The notes under the pieces were generated by a model. That model ran no database searches. It was given only the letters and a program-made list of their open reading frames with translations, and was not told the origin of the DNA. This document shows positions 62,087 through 64,000 of a DNA stretch of 64,000 bases, in pieces; the stretch's first letter is position 1; each line of letters begins with the position of its first letter. The position numbers and the translations under genes were made by a program. The DNA comes from an uncultured Flavobacterium sp. GTDB taxonomy: Bacteria > Bacteroidota > Bacteroidia > Flavobacteriales > Flavobacteriaceae. The stretch is taken from the NCBI GenBank assembly GCA_963512955.1, contig CAUPOP010000010.1, positions 14,157 to 78,156 of the forward strand, in the 5' to 3' direction.

Positions 62087-64000
62087 TTATTTTATTAATG
62101 TAAAAGGGCCATTTTCGTTAATAATTCCTCCATAAAAAGTGGACGCTTTTACCTTATAATAATAGTTTCCGTTTTCAGATTCCTTTCCCTTAATTTTGCC
62201 ATCCCAACCACGAAGAGTTTCTCCTATTTCTGAATATAACAATTCACCCCAAGTATCGTATACCTCTAATTGTATTGATGTTATACCAATAAAAACAGGT
62301 TTAAAAGTTTCGTTAATACCATCGTTATTAGGTGTAAAACCATTTGGAATGATTAACTTATATCCCTTATCAATATTTAAGGTTATTGTATATTTATACT
62401 CACATCCAAAAGCATAGGTAACTGTTTGGATAACGACATAATTACCTTCTTTTACAAACGTATGAATTGGATTTTCTTCATTAGAAACACTTCCATCACC
62501 AAAATCCCAAACAATAGTTTCATAATCACCAGTTGCAGTATTTGCAAACTGAATAGGATCTTGTATTGAATAACTTCCATAAGTGGTATTTGCATAAGAA
62601 CTTGATGCGAAAGAAGTATTTCCAATTTTTGGCACATCAATATTAAGTGTCTTGTTTGCAAAACACCCCAAGGCATCGGTAACCATAAGAATGACTACCC
62701 CATTTTGATTAGTTTCCATTACCGTTTTATCAATCCCACTAACAGTTCTATTCGACCAATTATAAATAAACGGTGGAACACCTCCAGATGCTAATGCAAT
62801 ATTTTTTAGAGAAACTGTTTTTAGATCACAATCAAAAATTAGTTGTGTACTTACATCAATTGAAATAGGATCAGGTCTTGTAATTGCATATTGTTTTGTT
62901 TGAACACATCCCCTTGAGTCAGTTACTGTAACCATATAATTCCCTCCAGGTACATTATTTAAATCTTCTGTAACAGAACCATTATTCCACACGTATGAAT
63001 AAGGAGCGGTACCTCCAGAAACTAGTAAATTAATAGCTCCTGAATTAGCATTTGAACAATCAAGAGCATTTGTAATATTAGCCCCTACAACTAACGGCTG
63101 TGGCTCTTGAATAATAAATGTTCTGGTTATAACACATGGTTTTCCATCAGTAATAGTAGCTATATAAGTACCTGGTCCTAAATTATTCCTAGTCAAACCA
63201 GAAGTACTTCCATCGTTCCATACTAATTTTACAGGACTAAGGCCTCCAACTAAATTAAGGTTAATACTCGCGTCTTTGGCTCCAAAACAGGATATTTGTT
63301 TCACTATTGGATTAACTGAAAACACTGGAGGATTCGGGATATTAACCGTGATTTTTTTCTCGCAACCACTAGCATCTGTAACCGTAATTACATAATCTCC
63401 AGCAGATAAATTATCTTGAAAGGTTCCTGTTGCCATTGTTCCCCAAACTGTTTGATAGGGGCTAATTCCCCCTGAAATAATCAAATCAATTGAAGCATCA
63501 TTTCCACCATAACAGATAATAGGTGTCGTTGTTGCGGTAATACTAATTTCTAACGGTTGTGTAATTGCTACTGGAAATAGATTTACAGAGCAACCTGAAT
63601 TATCGGTAACTTTTAGATTATAAGTTCCTGCTAAAATAGCTGTCAAATTCGGAATAGAACTTGTAAAACCATTTGGTCCAGTCCAAGCATATGTATAGGG
63701 AGCATTTCCTCCAACAACATTAGTAGTTATTGCGCCTGAAGCATCTCCAAAGCACAATATATTGGTTTGGCTTACTAAATTTAACTCTAAAATTGGTGGT
63801 TCTATAATGGTAAATATAGCGGTTTTTGGCCCACAATTATTAGCATCCGAAACTGTAACTTTATATACTCCAGGTCCTAGATTAGATAAATCTTCTGTGG
63901 TTTGGTAAGGAGTCCCATTTTTCGTCCAAGCGAAAGTGTAATTTGGAGTTCCGCCTGTTATTGTAATTGCAATAGAACCATTGGCATTGCCAAAACAGCT
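62087..64000 (-). CDS. SprB-repeat cell-surface protein with gliding-motility-associated / T9SS type B C-terminal domain (5' end outside window)
   Basis: Repeats of C.G...G.I...V.GG..PY.Y.W and C-terminal IIPNGFTPNNDGINETFKP. I translated 63758-63850 by hand and found no stop upstream of the track's TTG Met, so I extend the CDS to the window edge; 63851-64000 was not translated. Confidence 0.85.
   Translation of the reverse strand, partial: SCFGNANGSIAITITGGTPNYTFAWTKNGTPYQTTEDLSNLGPGVYKVTVSDANNCGPKTAIFTIIEPPILELNLVSQTNILCFGDASGAITTNVVGGNAPYTYAWTGPNGFTSSIPNLTAILAGTYNLKVTDNSGCSVNLFPVAITQPLEISITATTTPIICYGGNDASIDLIISGGISPYQTVWGTMATGTFQDNLSAGDYVITVTDASGCEKKITVNIPNPPVFSVNPIVKQISCFGAKDASINLNLVGGLSPVKLVWNDGSTSGLTRNNLGPGTYIATITDGKPCVITRTFIIQEPQPLVVGANITNALDCSNANSGAINLLVSGGTAPYSYVWNNGSVTEDLNNVPGGNYMVTVTDSRGCVQTKQYAITRPDPISIDVSTQLIFDCDLKTVSLKNIALASGGVPPFIYNWSNRTVSGIDKTVMETNQNGVVILMVTDALGCFANKTLNIDVPKIGNTSFASSSYANTTYGSYSIQDPIQFANTATGDYETIVWDFGDGSVSNEENPIHTFVKEGNYVVIQTVTYAFGCEYKYTITLNIDKGYKLIIPNGFTPNNDGINETFKPVFIGITSIQLEVYDTWGELLYSEIGETLRGWDGKIKGKESENGNYYYKVKASTFYGGIINENGPFTLIK

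Overview
Visibly AT-rich chromosomal segment of Bacteroidota / Flavobacteriia type. Supporting marks are TAnnTTTG -7 promoter boxes upstream of several genes, a PorP/SprF gene next to a SprB-repeat protein with a T9SS C-terminal sorting domain, and a DUF4369-TlpA lipoprotein. Two parts. (1) About 1.9-22.2 kb is a ~20 kb integrative island inserted downstream of mnmE. It is bounded by a 13-bp direct repeat (TTTGTTGCCCAAA at 1901-1913 and 22156-22168), and every gene on it is on the + strand, many with overlapping stop/start codons. In order it carries an xis-like HTH, a tyrosine integrase, two further HTH proteins, a PrimPol-like protein plus a DUF3987-type P-loop protein, an Xre-RhuM pair, an RM-like module (two methyltransferase-like ORFs plus a T5orf172-SF2 helicase fusion), a predicted catalytically inactive prokaryotic Argonaute with two large uncharacterized partner proteins (14109-19781), a 0.88-kb ORF-free stretch packed with long imperfect hairpins (19782-20661), and two small orphan genes. 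The Argonaute operon and the adjacent hairpin region are my top candidates for an undescribed system. (2) The rest (22.2-64 kb) is mostly housekeeping backbone. It includes a circularly permuted ATP-grasp/alpha-E fusion with a transglutaminase and a protein-glutaminase-like gene, an AAA+/vWA pair, a CHASE-PAS histidine kinase with a receiver, and tRNA-Tyr. It also includes glmM, acpH, ggt, a ClC channel, uvrA, a LOG-family protein, a fused 2-oxoacid dehydrogenase E1, and T9SS cargo. One backbone gene, a TlpA-type thioredoxin lipoprotein, is interrupted by an in-frame TGA. All functional calls come from reading motifs in the supplied translations; no HMM, BLAST or folding was run.
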